Shown: one piece after another, positions 61,272-64,000 of the stretch | How positions within the stretch are numbered: the stretch's first letter is position 1 | Layout of the letters: each line of letters starts with the position of its first letter | Assembly: GCA_048500355.1 (NCBI GenBank) | Contig: JASNYD010000006.1 | Span: forward strand, 352,211-416,210 | Reading direction: 5' to 3' | Origin: Kofleriaceae bacterium | GTDB taxonomy: Bacteria > Myxococcota_A > Polyangia > Haliangiales > Haliangiaceae | Length of the DNA stretch: 64,000 nucleotides | Made by a program: the position numbers and the translations under genes | Notes under the pieces: model-generated | The model's database searches: none | Told to the model about the DNA's origin: nothing | The model's input: the letters and a program-made list of their open reading frames with translations, nothing else

Positions 61272-64000
61272 ATGGGCTTCGTCGATCTCTTCCGTCCCAA
61301 GTACCGCCACAGCGACGTGCGCGTGCGCCTCGAGGCCGTGCGCGCCCTGACCTCCGACGAGGCGGACATCCTCGCCACGGTGGCGCGCACCGACAAGGAC
61401 CCCGGCGTGCGTCGGGTCGCGATCGAGAAGCTCGACGAGGCCGAGGTGCTGGCCGAGATCGCGCGCCGCGACGCCGACAACGCCCTGCGCGGGCTGGCCA
61501 GCTCGCGCGCCGCCGGCATGTGGGTGTCGAGCGCGTGCCAGGACGACGACGAGCAGCTCGCCGAGGCGGCGCTGCAGGGGCTGCTCTCGCTGGGCGATCA
61601 GCGGGCGCTGGCCGAGGTCGCGAACCGGGCGGCGATCCGGGCCATCCGCCAGCAGGCTACCGACGAGCTGAAGGACCCGCGCGCGCTGGCCGAGCTCGCG
61701 CGCGCCACCAGCTCGCCCGAGGTGCGGCAGGCCGCGGTCGCGCGCATCGAGGATCTCGAGGTGCTGCGCGCCGTCGCCGTCGACTCGTCGGCCAAGGAGC
61801 TCGGCCTGCTCGCGGTCGAGCGCCTGGGCGGGCGCGAGGTGCTCGAGCAGGTGGCGCAGAAGGCCAAGACCAAGGCGGTCCGCCAGCGCGCCCGCAAGAA
61901 GCTCGACGACCTGCTCGCGGCCGAGGAGGCGAAGCGGCCGCGCGAGCCCGACGAGGTCCGCCGCCGCCGCGCCGAGAAGTCCCAGCTCGTGCGCGAGGTC
62001 GAGGCCCTGGCCGAGGTCTTCGAGTGGCGGGACTCGCTGATCGCGATCGAGAAGGCCGAGGCGGCGTGGGCGCCGCTCGGCGACACCGGCGACGCCGCCC
62101 TCGACGAGCGCTTCACGCGGGCGGTCGCCCGCTACCACGCCCGCCGCCGCACCGCCGAGCAGGTGCAGCAGGGCCAGGCCGGCGGTGGCGCCGCCGCGCC
62201 CGCGGCCGCGCCCCGCGAGACCGCCGCGCCCCGCCGCCGCGAGCGCGACGAGCGCGCCGGGCGCGACGACGACGACGGCGACGTCATCAACGAGGCGGCG
62301 ATGGCGGCGATGCGCGCCCAGGCCGAGGATCCGCGGCGCGCCGCCCGCGAGCGCGAGGCCCAGGCCCGCCGCGAGGCCCGCGCCGCCCAGGGCGCCGAGG
62401 CCGCCCCGGCCCCCGAGGCCGCGCCGGCGCCGCCGGTGTCGAAGGAGGAGACCGCCGAGCGCGCCCGCCAGATCGCGCAGAGCCTCGAGGCTCTGGTCGA
62501 CGAGATGGCCAGCCTGGTCACCGCCGACGACCTGCGCGCCATCGATCGCCTGCTCGAGCAGGCCCGCGCCGCGTTCGCCCAGGTCGGCCGCGCCGCCCCC
62601 GAGCTGCGCGCCCGCCTCGAGGCCCGCTACGACGAGGTCCGCGGCAAGCTGGTGGTCCGCGCCAGCGAGCTGCGCGAGGCCGAGGACTGGAAGCGCTTCG
62701 CCAACGTGCCGCGCGCCGAGTCGCTCGTCGCCCTGGCCAAGGAGCTGGCCGAGCTCGAGGTGCCGCGCCTCGAGGTCCTCAAGGAGCTGCAGAAGGCGTG
62801 GAAGGAGATCGGCCCCATCCCGGGCAAGAAGTCCAAGGAGCTGTGGGAGCAGTTCAAGGCCCACACCGATCACGCCTACGCCCGCATCAAGGCCGGGCGC
62901 GAGGCCGACGCCGCCAAGCACGCCGAGGCCGCGGCGGTGAAGGAGGCGCTGTGCGCCGAGGCCGAGGCCCTGGCCGAGTCGAGCGACTGGGAGGCGACGG
63001 CGCAGGCGCTCAAGGCCCTGCAGCAGCGGTGGAAGGAGTCGGGGCACGTGCCGCGCAAGCAGGGCGACGCCCTGTGGAAGCGCTTCCGCGCCGCCTGCGA
63101 TCGCTTCTTCGAGCGGCGCCAGCCGGTGCTCGACGAGCAGCTCACCGAGCTCAAGGACAACGCCGCCAAGAAGGAGGCGCTCATCGCCCGCGCCGAGACG
63201 GTCGTGGCCGCGGCCCCCGGCGAGGGCGGCTGGGGCAAGGCCATCGCCGAGATCAAGGCCCTGGGCGCGGCGTGGAAGGATGTCGGTCGCGTGCCGCGGG
63301 CCGAGGTCGAGCCGCTGTGGCAGCGCTTCCGCGCCGCCTGCGACGGCCTGTTCGCCAAGCGCGACGCCGCCCGCGACGCCGAGGCCCTGGCCCGACAGGC
63401 CGAGGTCGACGCCCTGCGCGGCGAGATCGAGGGCGTGCTGGCCGGCGGCGACGACGTCGCCGACCGCGCCCTGGCGGTGCGCCGGCGGGTGACCGAGCTG
63501 ACCGAGCACGGCGACGCGCCCGGCGGCGAGCTCGGCGAGCTCTACCAGACGATGCTGCGCCGGGTGATCGTCGAGCACGGCGACGCCCTGCGCGGCACCG
63601 AGCTCGATCCGGTGGCGATGGCCAGCCGGCGGAGCAAGCTGATCGCCCGCCTCGAGGGCCTCCTCCCGCAGGCAGCGCCGGCGGTGTCGGCCGACGCCTC
63701 GCCGGCGGAGATCGCGGCGCGGCTCAAGGACGCGATGCAGCAGAACGCCCTGTTCAAGGGCGACGGCCGCGACCCGTTCGACGTCGTCGAGGAGCTGCGG
63801 GCGGAGTGGGCCGCCGTCGGCCCGGTGGTCGGCGACGAGGCCGAGGCCGCCGCCGCGCGCTTCGCCGAGCTGGCCACGCGGGTCGCTGGCCCGGAGCGCG
63901 AGCGCCCCGCCCGCGGCGACCGCGACCGTGGCGAGCGCCGCGACCGTGGCGACCGTGACCGTGGTGACCGCGACCGCGGCGACCGCGGGGACCGTCGGGA
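61272..64000 (+). CDS. DUF349 repeat protein with N-terminal HEAT-like repeats (3' partial)
   Basis: It has at least four W[KQ]..G.VPR....LW.RF...D.FF.RR units typical of DUF349. The N-terminus has PBS-lyase/HEAT-like repeats (DVRVRLEAVRAL...DPGVRRVAIEKL). It runs off the window end inside an RD/RG dipeptide repeat. Confidence 0.7.
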   Translation, partial: MGFVDLFRPKYRHSDVRVRLEAVRALTSDEADILATVARTDKDPGVRRVAIEKLDEAEVLAEIARRDADNALRGLASSRAAGMWVSSACQDDDEQLAEAALQGLLSLGDQRALAEVANRAAIRAIRQQATDELKDPRALAELARATSSPEVRQAAVARIEDLEVLRAVAVDSSAKELGLLAVERLGGREVLEQVAQKAKTKAVRQRARKKLDDLLAAEEAKRPREPDEVRRRRAEKSQLVREVEALAEVFEWRDSLIAIEKAEAAWAPLGDTGDAALDERFTRAVARYHARRRTAEQVQQGQAGGGAAAPAAAPRETAAPRRRERDERAGRDDDDGDVINEAAMAAMRAQAEDPRRAAREREAQARREARAAQGAEAAPAPEAAPAPPVSKEETAERARQIAQSLEALVDEMASLVTADDLRAIDRLLEQARAAFAQVGRAAPELRARLEARYDEVRGKLVVRASELREAEDWKRFANVPRAESLVALAKELAELEVPRLEVLKELQKAWKEIGPIPGKKSKELWEQFKAHTDHAYARIKAGREADAAKHAEAAAVKEALCAEAEALAESSDWEATAQALKALQQRWKESGHVPRKQGDALWKRFRAACDRFFERRQPVLDEQLTELKDNAAKKEALIARAETVVAAAPGEGGWGKAIAEIKALGAAWKDVGRVPRAEVEPLWQRFRAACDGLFAKRDAARDAEALARQAEVDALRGEIEGVLAGGDDVADRALAVRRRVTELTEHGDAPGGELGELYQTMLRRVIVEHGDALRGTELDPVAMASRRSKLIARLEGLLPQAAPAVSADASPAEIAARLKDAMQQNALFKGDGRDPFDVVEELRAEWAAVGPVVGDEAEAAAARFAELATRVAGPERERPARGDRDRGERRDRGDRDRGDRDRGDRGDRR

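Overview
This is a ~74% GC chromosomal segment that looks deltaproteobacterial/myxobacterial; this placement rests on a MYXO-CTERM-like sorting tail, PEGA domains, several eukaryotic-like Ser/Thr kinases, two sigma-54 enhancer-binding response regulators and a DUF349 protein. About 55 genes are packed tightly, with many 4-bp start/stop overlaps. 

Identifiable functions:
- Metabolism and housekeeping: kbl plus a BolA-like gene, a ketopantoate-reductase family gene, an isocitrate/isopropylmalate-dehydrogenase family gene, a methylmalonyl-CoA-mutase family gene with a meaB-like G-protein gene, and a group II PLP decarboxylase divergent from a TauE/SafE exporter.
- Regulation: four Ser/Thr kinases, two NtrC-type two-component pairs, an ECF sigma factor, and a TetR regulator divergent from a ferritin-like diiron protein with a perfect 16-bp operator palindrome between them.
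- Transport and envelope: a four-gene DevCA/HlyD/TolC-type efflux operon, and a polysaccharide-modification cluster (GT2, deacetylase, methyltransferase) that abuts a truncated O-antigen-ligase remnant.
- Other gene clusters: a tandem pair of MBL-fold hydrolases with an EEP nuclease/phosphatase and an HD-domain gene, and an operon encoding a TPR/DUF2135-like protein, a VIT-vWA protein and a beta-propeller protein behind a sigma-54-type promoter.

Non-genic structure worth attention:
- Three intergenic arrays of an imperfect hexanucleotide (CCGANN)n repeat at 26634-27098, 51153-51593 (reverse orientation) and 57640-58080. The middle one carries five copies of a 60-bp unit with two perfect hairpins.
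- A ~240-bp element bounded by 24-bp terminal inverted repeats (MITE-like) at 7224-7462.
- Three -24/-12 (sigma-54-type) promoters that each end about 12-15 bp before a start codon. Two of them sit next to a GTAACG-N3-CGTTAC dyad, which links the NtrC-like regulator at 17420 to its own operon and to the downstream efflux operon.
- A small histone-fold (bacterial-histone-like) gene with a Lys-rich N-terminal tail in a local AT-rich promoter.
- A +1 frameshift inside a PAS histidine kinase, and a membrane-protein gene split across two frames.

No rRNA, tRNA, CRISPR array, transposase or integrase was recognised.
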